Shown: positions 37,650 through 46,597 of the stretch, one piece after another
Position numbering within the stretch: position 1 is the stretch's first letter
Layout: every line of letters starts with the position of its first letter
Assembly: GCA_014896485.1 (NCBI GenBank)
Contig: JADBKH010000007.1
Coordinates: 83,963 to 147,962 of the forward strand
DNA length: 64,000 nt
Origin: Bacillota bacterium
GTDB lineage: Bacteria > Bacillota > Bacilli > Bu12
Direction: 5' to 3'
Notes under the pieces: generated by a model
Seen by the model: the letters and a program-made list of their open reading frames with translations, nothing else
What the model was told of the DNA's origin: nothing
Databases searched by the model: none
Program-made: the position numbers and the translations under genes

Positions 37650-38998
37650 TGCAGACAGACCTCCTTTAGTCCCTCAACCAACGTGTCGATCTCTGAACGT
37701 GTGCGCTGTTCGGTGACTGCAATCAGGAGTTGTGTCGTTCGTTGAGGATCAAAAGTACTCAAAGGAACTCCTGCGAGAATGCCTCGTTCTGCCAATTTTT
37801 CTACAACAGGAGCGGCCGGGCACCTCAAATCGACGACAAATTCATTGAAAAATGGTGCCTCGTAAGGAAGATGGAATCCAGCTGCCACCAGCTGTCTGGC
37901 GGTGTAATGGGCTTTTTGCAGCGATAGCTCGGCGACACGACGCAGCCCCTGCGGACCCATCCAGGCAAGATAAGCAGCATTCGCCAAAGTGAGCAACGTC
38001 TCATTGGTGCAGATATTGGAAGTGGCCCGTTCGCGGCGAATATGTTGTTCTCTTGTCTGCATGGTGAGCACATATCCCCGACGCCCTTGTCCATCCTGTG
38101 TTTCACCTACGATACGACCTGGCAGTCGGCGCAGAAAAGGTTGCTGCGCCGCGAAAAAACCGACGTAGGGTCCACCCCAGTTGAGATGACACCCGAGGGG
38201 CTGTCCCTCTCCAACCACGACATCGGCTCCTGCTTCGCCAGGAGGCTGGAGCAGTCCGAGTGCGATAGGATAGGCGGTGGTGACAAACAATGCTCCTGCC
38301 TGATGCGCCGCTTGGGCAAATGGGGCAATTGTCTCAATGGCACCATAAAAATTGGGTTGTGCCAAGCAGACAGCTGCCACGTCCTCACTAATTTGTTGCT
38401 GCAGCGCCTGCATCGAGGTTCGGCCGTCCTTTTGTTGAGGCAATGTTTCTACTTCGATCGATTGACCGGCCAGATAAGTGCGGAGGGTCTGTAAGTAATG
38501 TGGGTGCAGTGCTTGGGAGACAAGCACCTTCGCTCGCCCGGTGTGGGCAACCGCCAACAGCAGTGCTTCCGCGCAGGCCGATGCACCATCATACATCGAC
38601 GCATTGGCGATCGCGCAGCCACACAACGTTGCGATCATCGATTGGTATTCGAAGATTGCAGTCAACACGCCTTGTGATGCCTCGGCTTGGTAAGGCGTAT
38701 ACGCGGTGAGAAACTCACCGCGTGAAGTGACCCAATCGCAGATGGCAGGTACGAAGTGGTCATAGGCGCCGGCTCCCAAAAAGCAGGACGCTTGTAAGGT
38801 ATTGAGGTTGGCAGCGGCATGCTGCCGAAAGAGGCGGCTTGCCTCCGCTTCAGAGAGTGCCGGAGGCAGGGAGAGAGGCCGCTGCAACTGTACGTCTTCC
38901 GGTACATCCCGGTAAAGTTGTGTGGTGTCCTGTAAATGCAGGAATGTCAACATCTCCCGCTTTTCTGTTTCAGTCATTGGAATCCATGGATGGGTCAT
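37646..38998 (-). CDS. gcvPA: Glycine dehydrogenase (decarboxylating) subunit 1
   Basis: P-protein N-terminal half, 450 aa. Confidence 0.9.
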   Translation of the reverse strand: MTHPWIPMTETEKREMLTFLHLQDTTQLYRDVPEDVQLQRPLSLPPALSEAEASRLFRQHAAANLNTLQASCFLGAGAYDHFVPAICDWVTSRGEFLTAYTPYQAEASQGVLTAIFEYQSMIATLCGCAIANASMYDGASACAEALLLAVAHTGRAKVLVSQALHPHYLQTLRTYLAGQSIEVETLPQQKDGRTSMQALQQQISEDVAAVCLAQPNFYGAIETIAPFAQAAHQAGALFVTTAYPIALGLLQPPGEAGADVVVGEGQPLGCHLNWGGPYVGFFAAQQPFLRRLPGRIVGETQDGQGRRGYVLTMQTREQHIRRERATSNICTNETLLTLANAAYLAWMGPQGLRRVAELSLQKAHYTARQLVAAGFHLPYEAPFFNEFVVDLRCPAAPVVEKLAERGILAGVPLSTFDPQRTTQLLIAVTEQRTRSEIDTLVEGLKEVCLQ

Positions 38999-40131
38999 CT
39001 GCCTTCCCCTCCTTGTGTCGTTGGACGTTGTGGTACAGGGCTGCGGCCTCTCTGAACAAAAGGAAGAGAGACGCGCTGTGCGGAAACCAGCCGATTGCGG
39101 ATCTCGACAGCAAGCGCTGCTCCTGTGGGCTCAGAGAGCGCTTGACACTGGAGATATGCCAATGCAATGCTTTGGCCCAGTGTCGGTGATTGCGTGCCGC
39201 TGGTCACCCAGCCTGCAGGTTCGCCCGCTGCGTAGAGCTTCATGCCTTCTCTAGCAATGCCGCGCTCTGTCAGTACCAAACCGATCCGCTTTTTTTCGAG
39301 GCCGACTTGCCGTTGCTCTTCCAATGCCTCACGTCCGATGAAGGGATGATCCCAGTCGATAAACTTTTCGAGATCGGCTTCAAGGGGAGTGATCGTATCG
39401 GTCAGTTCATGGCCGTATAAGGGCAAAGCAGCTTCTAACCGCAGCGTATCGCGCGCACCCAATCCACAAGGAACAGCCCCTGCTTCGAGCAGCTTTTCCC
39501 ACAGAGGTCCGGCTTCCTCTGCCTTGCTGAAGATCTCCACGCCATCTTCACCGGTATAGCCGGTACGCGAGATAAGGACCGTATGTCCCCATAGGGTTCG
39601 TTGTGCAGCACGGAACGGCCGGATCGATCCGATTTCGGTACCGCTTGCCTGCTCGATGGCCGGGATCGCAGCAGGACCTTGCGCTGCTAAAAGCGCAATC
39701 TCAGCGGAGCGATCGTAAAGCCTTGCGCCGTTTTCTACTTTTGCTTGTTCCGCCGCACGGCGTAGCGCCTCTCCGTCTTTGGCAATGTTTGCAGCATTGG
39801 CGACAAGCAAGAACCGATCCGATTGCAATCGATAGACCATCGCATCATCGACGGTTCCTCCGTTGGGCCACAGCAAAAAACCATAACGCGCACTGCCGGT
39901 ACGCATCGTCGTTGCATTGCGCGAAAAGGCGACATCCACCAGCTGCGCAGCTGCTTCCCCGTCAATGATCCACTCTCCCATGTGGGAGACATCAAACAGC
40001 CCCCATTTTTGGCGTACCGCATGATGCTCGGCCAAGATAGACTGAAAGTAGAGCGGCATCTCAAAACCTGCGAAGGAGGTCCAACGGGCGACCTGAGACC
40101 GATAACGATCAAATAGAGGCGTATGTCGCAT
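38995..40131 (-). CDS. gcvT: Glycine cleavage system aminomethyltransferase T
   Basis: MRHTPLFDRY... with GGAGGAG 9 nt upstream of the ATG at 40131. The ORF-track 5' extension to 40287 runs into the riboswitch and is not coding. Confidence 0.9.
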   Translation of the reverse strand: MRHTPLFDRYRSQVARWTSFAGFEMPLYFQSILAEHHAVRQKWGLFDVSHMGEWIIDGEAAAQLVDVAFSRNATTMRTGSARYGFLLWPNGGTVDDAMVYRLQSDRFLLVANAANIAKDGEALRRAAEQAKVENGARLYDRSAEIALLAAQGPAAIPAIEQASGTEIGSIRPFRAAQRTLWGHTVLISRTGYTGEDGVEIFSKAEEAGPLWEKLLEAGAVPCGLGARDTLRLEAALPLYGHELTDTITPLEADLEKFIDWDHPFIGREALEEQRQVGLEKKRIGLVLTERGIAREGMKLYAAGEPAGWVTSGTQSPTLGQSIALAYLQCQALSEPTGAALAVEIRNRLVSAQRVSLPFVQRGRSPVPQRPTTQGGEGR

Positions 40132-40182
40132 TTTCTTTCGCTCCTCCTCTCCTAAGACAACCGATCTCATGGCTTTCTTGGC

Positions 40183-40375
40183 AAAACAGAAAGAGGCGCA
40201 TTCAAACAGATGCGCCTCTGTGTGGTACCAGAGAGTTGAAGCCCCGTGGGTGGCCGCTTTGCGACGCTCTCCAGAGTGGCCTCGCATTTTGGTCCTTTTG
40301 CCTGAGAGATTGTCTGCGCTTCTTACTCCTTCGGCGCCGCACGCAGGATAATTGCGGTCTCTCCCAAAATGGTCA
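40183..40375 (-). promoter_or_regulatory. Tandem glycine riboswitch with terminator-type expression platform
   Basis: Minus strand: GGGAGAGACCGCAAT...GCGCCGAAGGAGTAAG...CTCTCAGGCAAAAGGACC is aptamer 1. CTCTGGAGAGCGTCGCAAAGCGGCCACC...GGGGCTTCAACTCTCTGG is aptamer 2. A hairpin AGAGGCGCATCTGTTTGAATGCGCCTCT plus TTTCTGTTTT follows. The blocks GGAGAG, CCGAAGG and CTC.GG..AAAGGAC match the glycine aptamer consensus. Confidence 0.7.
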
Positions 40376-40487
40376 TCAGCCTATTTTATTGTAAGCGAGT
40401 TCTGCTGCCCGTGCACGCCATATTCAGCGTTCCTCTGGGCATGGTAAGGAGCAGAGAAAACAATGCGTGCAAGGGGAGATATACGCC

Positions 40488-42242
40488 GTGGCTGTGCAAC
40501 TTTCGCAAATCAAAGCGTCCACGTTGGAGTTGCCCATGGTCCTCGTTGATACACGGGCGCTGCGCAAGACAGTCGAGGCGTTGGAAGAAGGACGTTTTGA
40601 ACCGTTGACCTGGTGGCAACAGCATTTGACAGCGCGGACGATTCGAAACAACAGCCGCGCGCAAGGGCTAATCTCACTAAAGTCACTTCCAAGAGACTTC
40701 ATCCCCTATCCTCATCAGCTGGAGACGGTTCATCGGGTTGTAGAGGAGATGCATGGGTCGGCACTTTTGGCCGACGAGGTTGGCTTGGGGAAGACCATCG
40801 AAGCCGGGTTGGTTCTAAAAGAGTACCTGTTGCGCGGGCTCGTCCGCCGTGCACTCATTCTGGTGCCGGCGTCCTTGCGCATCCAATGGGCTCGCGAGCT
40901 GCGAGAGAAATGTGGCATTCAGGCCACGGTACAACGGTCCGAATGGGAATGGTCACGAGCGGATCTGGTCATCGCCTCTTTGGAAACAGCCAAGCGGGAG
41001 CCCCATCGTTCGATCGTTTTAGAGCAACCATGGGATATGGTCATTGTCGACGAGGCACATAAATTGAAGAACCGCAAAACGCAAAACTGGCAGTTTGTCA
41101 ATATACTGCCCAAAAAATACATGCTGTTGCTGACCGCAACGCCTATTCAAAATGATTTAAATGAACTCTATTACCTGGTTTCTTTGCTGCGTCCGGGATA
41201 TCTTGGAACCAAGCGCCATTTTACGTCTCGGTTCATGGCAGGAAAGCATGAGGTAAAGGATGCCGAAGGGCTACGTCAGCTGCTCGACGGTGTGCTGATC
41301 CGCAACCGACGTGGGCAGGCGGATCTCCTTTTTCCCAAACGCGTGGTCCATGCAGAATGGGTAACCCTTTCTCCCCAAGAACGAGAACTCTACCAGACAG
41401 TTACCGACTTTGTGCGTCGACGTTATCGCTCGCTGCGATCTGCAAGGCAGAATGCATTGCCACTCATCATCTTACAGCGAGAGGTCTGCTCCAGCGTGCA
41501 GGCCACGGCAGTTACTTTACTCAACATGGCAGATCGCACAGAGGATAAGCAGATCGAAAGAGAACTTCGCTCGATGGCAGCGATTGCAGCCCGTGTTCAG
41601 CAGAACAGCAAAATCGAGCGTTTGATTCCGATGCTGCAAAAAAGCGAACAGCAGTGGGTCGTCTTTACGGAGTTTCGTACCACCCAAGAATTGTTGCTGC
41701 GGCGACTGTTGGATGCAGGTATTCCAGCAATCGGTTTTCATGGGGAATTGGGTCGGGGCAGTCGAGAATGGGTCCAGTCGCTTTTTCACCGGCGCGCCAA
41801 GGTATTGGTGAGCACGCAAGCAGGTGGCGAAGGGATCAACCTTCAATTTTGCAGCCACGCCGTCAATTTTGATTTGCCTTGGAACCCCATGCGCATTGAG
41901 CAGCGTATTGGCCGCCTCCATCGCATTGGCCAGCAGCATGACGTACACATCATCAACTTGAGTTCGGTTGGGACCGTCGAAGAGAAAATTCTTTATCTTC
42001 TTCAGGAGAAGATCCATCTCTTTGAACGGGTTATTGGGGAACTGGATGCAATCGTACGGCAGAGCCTTTCAGAAAGCAGTTTTGAGGGACGAATCATGGA
42101 GCTTCTGGCCGAATCGGAAGATGATAGCGAGTTTGAGGCAAAGTTGCAGGAGATCGCCGATCAGGTGGAAAACGCAAAGCAGCAGCTGTGGCGTTCCAAC
42201 CCACTGGATAGACTTTATTCACAGGAGGAGCATGCTACTTGA
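40488..42242 (+). CDS. SNF2-family DNA/RNA helicase (YqhH-like)
   Basis: DEVGLGKTIEAG is Walker A. DEAH box is VIVDEAHKLKN. The helicase C-terminal motifs follow. The start is ambiguous among GTG 40467, GTG 40488 (best RBS) and ATG 40536. Confidence 0.85.
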   Translation: MAVQLSQIKASTLELPMVLVDTRALRKTVEALEEGRFEPLTWWQQHLTARTIRNNSRAQGLISLKSLPRDFIPYPHQLETVHRVVEEMHGSALLADEVGLGKTIEAGLVLKEYLLRGLVRRALILVPASLRIQWARELREKCGIQATVQRSEWEWSRADLVIASLETAKREPHRSIVLEQPWDMVIVDEAHKLKNRKTQNWQFVNILPKKYMLLLTATPIQNDLNELYYLVSLLRPGYLGTKRHFTSRFMAGKHEVKDAEGLRQLLDGVLIRNRRGQADLLFPKRVVHAEWVTLSPQERELYQTVTDFVRRRYRSLRSARQNALPLIILQREVCSSVQATAVTLLNMADRTEDKQIERELRSMAAIAARVQQNSKIERLIPMLQKSEQQWVVFTEFRTTQELLLRRLLDAGIPAIGFHGELGRGSREWVQSLFHRRAKVLVSTQAGGEGINLQFCSHAVNFDLPWNPMRIEQRIGRLHRIGQQHDVHIINLSSVGTVEEKILYLLQEKIHLFERVIGELDAIVRQSLSESSFEGRIMELLAESEDDSEFEAKLQEIADQVENAKQQLWRSNPLDRLYSQEEHAT

Positions 42243-43183
42243 ACCTTACCGATTCGCACGATCCGCATGATCCGAATGATATCGAAGCAATTCGCCGCTT
42301 TGCCCTCACCTTTTTTCGCAGTCGCAACTGTGAAGTACAGGAGCAGGGAGATCATTTGCTCGTCCACGCTTCTTCCGAAGTGGTACGTCTACTGGAAGAG
42401 CCCTGGAGCTATCTTTGGCAAGCCCTTTCGCACGGAGAGGCGCCTCCCCGTACGCACCGTTTTCGCACACGGCGAGATACGCAAGAAACAGATGAAGAGA
42501 GTGAGTTGTTGGCACCGGGAGGGCGTGCATTTGAGCGCCTGTTGGATGCAGCGTTGGGACAGGGAAAGGTGACGCGCGGCTATGCCTTGGTTTCCTCCCA
42601 ACAGGTCAACGAACAGATAATGGCACTGCGGAGGCGCGCCACCCGCAGACAGCCGAAGCGCTACTTGGTCGATTGGAAAGTGGTGCAAAAACCTTTTCTG
42701 ATCGTCACTTGGCTGGTGACATTCATCTGTGGCAGTTCAAAAGCACAAGATCGCCGGAATGCTATCGATTTAGAGAATGGTGAGATTCTGGAAGATGCTA
42801 CAGCACTGTTGCAGTTGCCCGTCGTCGAGACATCTCTGGAGTCGTCTACAATACCTGCTGCGCTTCCCCTTCAGGAGGCTGTTGAGCGTTTGATGGGTGA
42901 AGTACGCCAAGACAGTCAACCCGATCCGCAATGGTTAGCTGCGGGAAAGGCACGCTACGAGGCGGCACTGCAACGGATGGAACGTTATTTTCTCGAACTT
43001 GGTGTCACAGCAGATGATCCGGAATATGTGCGGCGGTGTGAAGAGCTGCGCTGGCGCGAGGCACCACGCGTGGAAATTGCCCCGGATACAGCCGCGCTGC
43101 TCTATGTCCCCTATTTGCAGGTACGTTTCCTGCAAACTTCGATGTGTGAAGAGATCATCGAAGACCGCTATCCCCTTTTTTGA
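42239..43183 (+). CDS. YqhG-family protein
   Basis: TTG start overlapping the helicase TGA as TTGA, with AGGAGGAG 8 nt upstream. Same yqhH-yqhG pairing as B. subtilis. Family call rests on synteny. Confidence 0.55.
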   Translation: MNLTDSHDPHDPNDIEAIRRFALTFFRSRNCEVQEQGDHLLVHASSEVVRLLEEPWSYLWQALSHGEAPPRTHRFRTRRDTQETDEESELLAPGGRAFERLLDAALGQGKVTRGYALVSSQQVNEQIMALRRRATRRQPKRYLVDWKVVQKPFLIVTWLVTFICGSSKAQDRRNAIDLENGEILEDATALLQLPVVETSLESSTIPAALPLQEAVERLMGEVRQDSQPDPQWLAAGKARYEAALQRMERYFLELGVTADDPEYVRRCEELRWREAPRVEIAPDTAALLYVPYLQVRFLQTSMCEEIIEDRYPLF

Positions 43184-43298
43184 GGATTGGGTCATTTGGG
43201 TTTGTAAACTGCGCCAAAGCGCAATATCCTATGGTTGAAGTTGTGATGGAGAGGCTTTCTCCTCGAAGAAGCACGAAAAGAGAGAAGGAGGGGGAGGC

Positions 43299-44648
43299 TT
43301 GCCTCAGTTGCTGACGATGATCATCTCCATTGCGCTGGGAACTCTGCTCAATCCGCTCAACTCTTCGATGATTTCGGTCGCTCAGCCGACGTTGATCACG
43401 GTGTTTCACACCCAACTGAGCGCCATGAGCCTTATGATTGGATCGTACTATATCGTCAGCGCCATCGCCCAACCTGCTATGGGACGGTTGGGCGATCTGT
43501 TTGGCCACAAGCGCTTCTTCTTGTTGGGAGTCCTTTTGGTCGCAATCGCTTCGGTGGCCGCGCCCTTCTCCCCAAACTTTTGGACATTACTCGTCATTCG
43601 GCTGATTCAGGCAGCTGGATCGGCTACCATATCTCCCAATGGTATGGCGCTCGTGCGTCACAAGGTACGAGAGCGTCAACAAGGCAACGCTTTTGGAATT
43701 CTTGCAACGGTAACCGGAGCGGGTGCGGCACTGGGGCCGACCATCGGCGGGTTGCTCCTTGCTCTCGGTTGGCAGGCGCTCTTTCTGATCAATCTCCCCC
43801 TGTGTCTCATTGCTGGCCTTTTGGCATGGCGCACATTAGAAGAGACCCCGCAGCAGCCAAATATCATCTTTGACTATCGTGGAACAGCCAGCCTAGCTGC
43901 TGTGTTGGCGGGGCTCATGTACTTGCTCGACTCTCTGATTGGCGGGCATCTCAGCCTCGTATGGGTGGTGGTCTTTGCCCTTGGAAGCTTTTGCTTTGCC
44001 TGGTTTGAACAACACACCGAGGAACCCCTGATTTCGTTTGGCCTTTTTCGGCAACGCCGCTTTGCTTTGGTCAGTATTGTGACGTTTCTAACCAACCTTG
44101 CCATGTATGCCCTCTTGTTCTCTTTTCCCCTTTATCTCGAACTGTTGCGCCATTTTTCACATGCGACGACAGGATTGCTCATGTTGTCTTTTTCCGGCGT
44201 AATGTCCTTGATCTCTCCTCTTGGCGGGAGGTTGACCGATCAGCACGGAGCCAAACCTCCCTTGATCATTGGCGCTGCTTGCAGCGTGCTCGGTATGATC
44301 TTGTTGGCGATGTGGACCGGTCTGCGGACGCCCCTCCCCTGGGTCATCGGGGCGATGATCGTCAGTGGTGTCGGTGTTGGCATCGGGGGCGTAGCCATGC
44401 AGACGGCAATCATCCAAGCGGTGCCCCGAGAGATGAGCGGGATTGCATCCGGGCTTTTCATGACCGTTCGCTATATGGGTACCATTTTCTCTCAAACCTT
44501 GTTGGATGGCTTTCTTGGCCGCAGTGTCACCCTACCCGGCCTACGTGCCATGGACTTGGTCTTAGCAGTACTATTGGTGGTGGCACTGGTTGCTTCTCTT
44601 TTGATAAGGCAGCAGAAAGAAGCGGGAGAAAGGGTTTCGGAGGCATGA
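43299..44648 (+). CDS. MFS transporter (14-TM DHA-like)
   Basis: MFS motif GRLGDLFGHKR between TM2 and TM3, with multiple hydrophobic spans. The start is probably the TTG at 43308. Confidence 0.8.
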   Translation: MPQLLTMIISIALGTLLNPLNSSMISVAQPTLITVFHTQLSAMSLMIGSYYIVSAIAQPAMGRLGDLFGHKRFFLLGVLLVAIASVAAPFSPNFWTLLVIRLIQAAGSATISPNGMALVRHKVRERQQGNAFGILATVTGAGAALGPTIGGLLLALGWQALFLINLPLCLIAGLLAWRTLEETPQQPNIIFDYRGTASLAAVLAGLMYLLDSLIGGHLSLVWVVVFALGSFCFAWFEQHTEEPLISFGLFRQRRFALVSIVTFLTNLAMYALLFSFPLYLELLRHFSHATTGLLMLSFSGVMSLISPLGGRLTDQHGAKPPLIIGAACSVLGMILLAMWTGLRTPLPWVIGAMIVSGVGVGIGGVAMQTAIIQAVPREMSGIASGLFMTVRYMGTIFSQTLLDGFLGRSVTLPGLRAMDLVLAVLLVVALVASLLIRQQKEAGERVSEA

Positions 44649-45016
44649 CGTACACGTGCATGCACAGATGTTTAGAAGAGATGATCGATCGGATTCCACC
44701 GCTTTTTCTTGAACAGTTAAATGGTGGCATTTCCCTGCTTGAAGAGGAGAAGCCAGATGAGCAGCTGAGCGATGTCTATATCCTTGGAGAGTACCTCGAT
44801 CAACCGTACGGGCTCGGATCCCTGATCGTGCTCTATTACGGTTCTTTTGCTGCGACATTGGCGGGAGAACCAGAGTCAGTCTGGAAAAAGGAACTGTGGG
44901 AAACGTTGCTCCATGAATTGCGACATCATGTAGAGGCATTGGCGGGAATGGGCGATCTACAGGCTGAAGATGAAGCACGTTTTGAGGCTTGGTTCAAAGA
45001 AGGAGAGGCAAAATGA
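44645..45016 (+). CDS. Small zincin-like metallopeptidase-family protein (HExxH)
   Basis: 123 aa, LLHELRHHVEALAG. ATGA overlap with the MFS stop. Its frame is hidden inside a longer overlapping ORF in the track. Confidence 0.5.
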   Translation: MTYTCMHRCLEEMIDRIPPLFLEQLNGGISLLEEEKPDEQLSDVYILGEYLDQPYGLGSLIVLYYGSFAATLAGEPESVWKKELWETLLHELRHHVEALAGMGDLQAEDEARFEAWFKEGEAK

Positions 45017-45291
45017 ATCCTTCGTTATTAGAAGTGCTTGGGGATCGTTTTGAAGGTCGCGACGTATATGTGCACATCCGAGGCGAAGGAGTCGCTGTGC
45101 AAAACCTATGTGGGCGGCTGCACCAGGTCATTTTACGGGGAGATCCGCCAGAGCAGCAGCTACGCACCGTCTTTTACGATGAGATGGTTCTCGTTGTGTC
45201 TCATGTCGAGCGATGGGGTGAAGACGATCAGGATCGCGTAATCGTCCATGCTGGTCCGGTGCAAGTAACCTTTGGCCTGCGACCTTTCTGA
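45013..45291 (+). CDS. Hypothetical 92-aa protein
   Basis: ATGA overlap with the preceding gene, with AGGAGAGG upstream. No recognisable motif. Confidence 0.4.
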   Translation: MNPSLLEVLGDRFEGRDVYVHIRGEGVAVQNLCGRLHQVILRGDPPEQQLRTVFYDEMVLVVSHVERWGEDDQDRVIVHAGPVQVTFGLRPF

Positions 45292-45327
45292 ATAAATTCC
45301 TGTTTTGGTAAGGGGGAGACCGTCCGT

Positions 45328-46575
45328 ATGGCTGAAGAGCGACTCGGTGATTGGCGCTCAGTCTTGCAGGAAGAGGTAGAAGAGCCTGGGATCGGTTGGC
45401 AGTCATTGCTCGGGGAGACCGGATTGGAACGCAATGCCCCCTGCCCTTGTGGCAGCGGACGAAAATACAAGCAATGCTGTCTCCCCAAAGTAGAATTGGG
45501 ACAGATGGCATTGCTAGCCCAGCAAAAGTTGGAAAACGGGGAAATCGAAGCAGGAGATGCACTGCTCCGGCAGGCGCTACGCATTCCGCCACATGTATGG
45601 CAGGGGGATGCCCAATTGGCCAAGTTGTGGAGTGAAGCAGCGGAATCGGCTATCTACCTTGCGTATGATCGCTGCCGCTATGACGAAGCAATGACCCTGG
45701 TCCAGCAGGCGAGCCAAACCGATGTGGACCATCCGCAGCGATGGATGCTCTTGTCCGCCAACCTCAACCACCGCCTCGGGCATTTGGCCGAAGGATTACA
45801 GCAGGCGACGGCGTTGCTTGAAAACCATGGACTCGGATTGCAAGCCGTATGCGAGGTCGCAGAACAGCTGATCGACTTACGACGTTATGACGAGGCCCTG
45901 CGATTGATTCTCACAGCCTCTGTGATTCAGGGCAAGGATCTTGAAACGGAAACAGATAGCATCGGACTGGACGAACAAGAGCTTGCACAGCTGCGCGATG
46001 AACTTGGGCGGCTGGAGCTTCTCTGTCGACTTGCCGATGGCCAACTCGACGAGGCCTGGCAACTTTGGCAGCGTCGAGGCGCTTCTGCCTATGAAGCTTG
46101 CCTGTGGATAAGTGCAGCAGTAGCCTTTGGGCAAGAGGGGCGCTTTGAAACCCTCTTGAAAGCCGTGGATGATCCCCTGCTTGTCGATTTTTGGAAAGGG
46201 GTGTGGAATTGGCATTCAGGAGATCGGGCGTCTGCCGCTTCCCATCTTCAGAAAGTCGCAACTTTATCGCGACAGGACACGCATACAGAAGAACGTGTTG
46301 CTGCATCCCTCTATCTCGGTGAAGCTTCCCAAGCGATTGGAATAGCTGAGCGCGCGCTCGCATCTCACCCTTTCGATCACGCCAGCCTACTACAGCTTGC
46401 ATTTGCAGCTGCCGTTGCACAAGACCAGACACGGTGTAATGCCGCTTTAAGCTGCCTCGGTCCGACAGCAGCTTGGCAATTGCGCCAATACGAGCTACGT
46501 CATCCAGGATGGCCGGATTCTCTTGCCGCTCACTGGGCAAACCCTTTGTTGGTTCGACTTTCTGTGCGCTGGTGA
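45328..46575 (+). CDS. SEC-C metal-binding motif protein with helical TPR-like repeats
   Basis: CPCGSGRKYKQCC near the N-terminus, followed by about 350 aa of Leu/Ala-rich helical repeats. RBS AAGGGGGAG. Confidence 0.6.
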   Translation: MAEERLGDWRSVLQEEVEEPGIGWQSLLGETGLERNAPCPCGSGRKYKQCCLPKVELGQMALLAQQKLENGEIEAGDALLRQALRIPPHVWQGDAQLAKLWSEAAESAIYLAYDRCRYDEAMTLVQQASQTDVDHPQRWMLLSANLNHRLGHLAEGLQQATALLENHGLGLQAVCEVAEQLIDLRRYDEALRLILTASVIQGKDLETETDSIGLDEQELAQLRDELGRLELLCRLADGQLDEAWQLWQRRGASAYEACLWISAAVAFGQEGRFETLLKAVDDPLLVDFWKGVWNWHSGDRASAASHLQKVATLSRQDTHTEERVAASLYLGEASQAIGIAERALASHPFDHASLLQLAFAAAVAQDQTRCNAALSCLGPTAAWQLRQYELRHPGWPDSLAAHWANPLLVRLSVRW

Positions 46576-46597
46576 CCTCCCTTTATTTTGCGGCATC

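Noticed and set aside
40132-40287. N-terminal 52-codon extension of gcvT (ORF 38995..40287)
   Set aside because: It overlaps the glycine riboswitch terminator. A GGAGGAG RBS precedes the internal ATG at 40131.
44279-45016. 245-aa plus-strand ORF in the track
   Set aside because: Its first 122 codons overlap the MFS transporter in another frame. Only the part from the ATG at 44645 (the HExxH protein) is taken as real.
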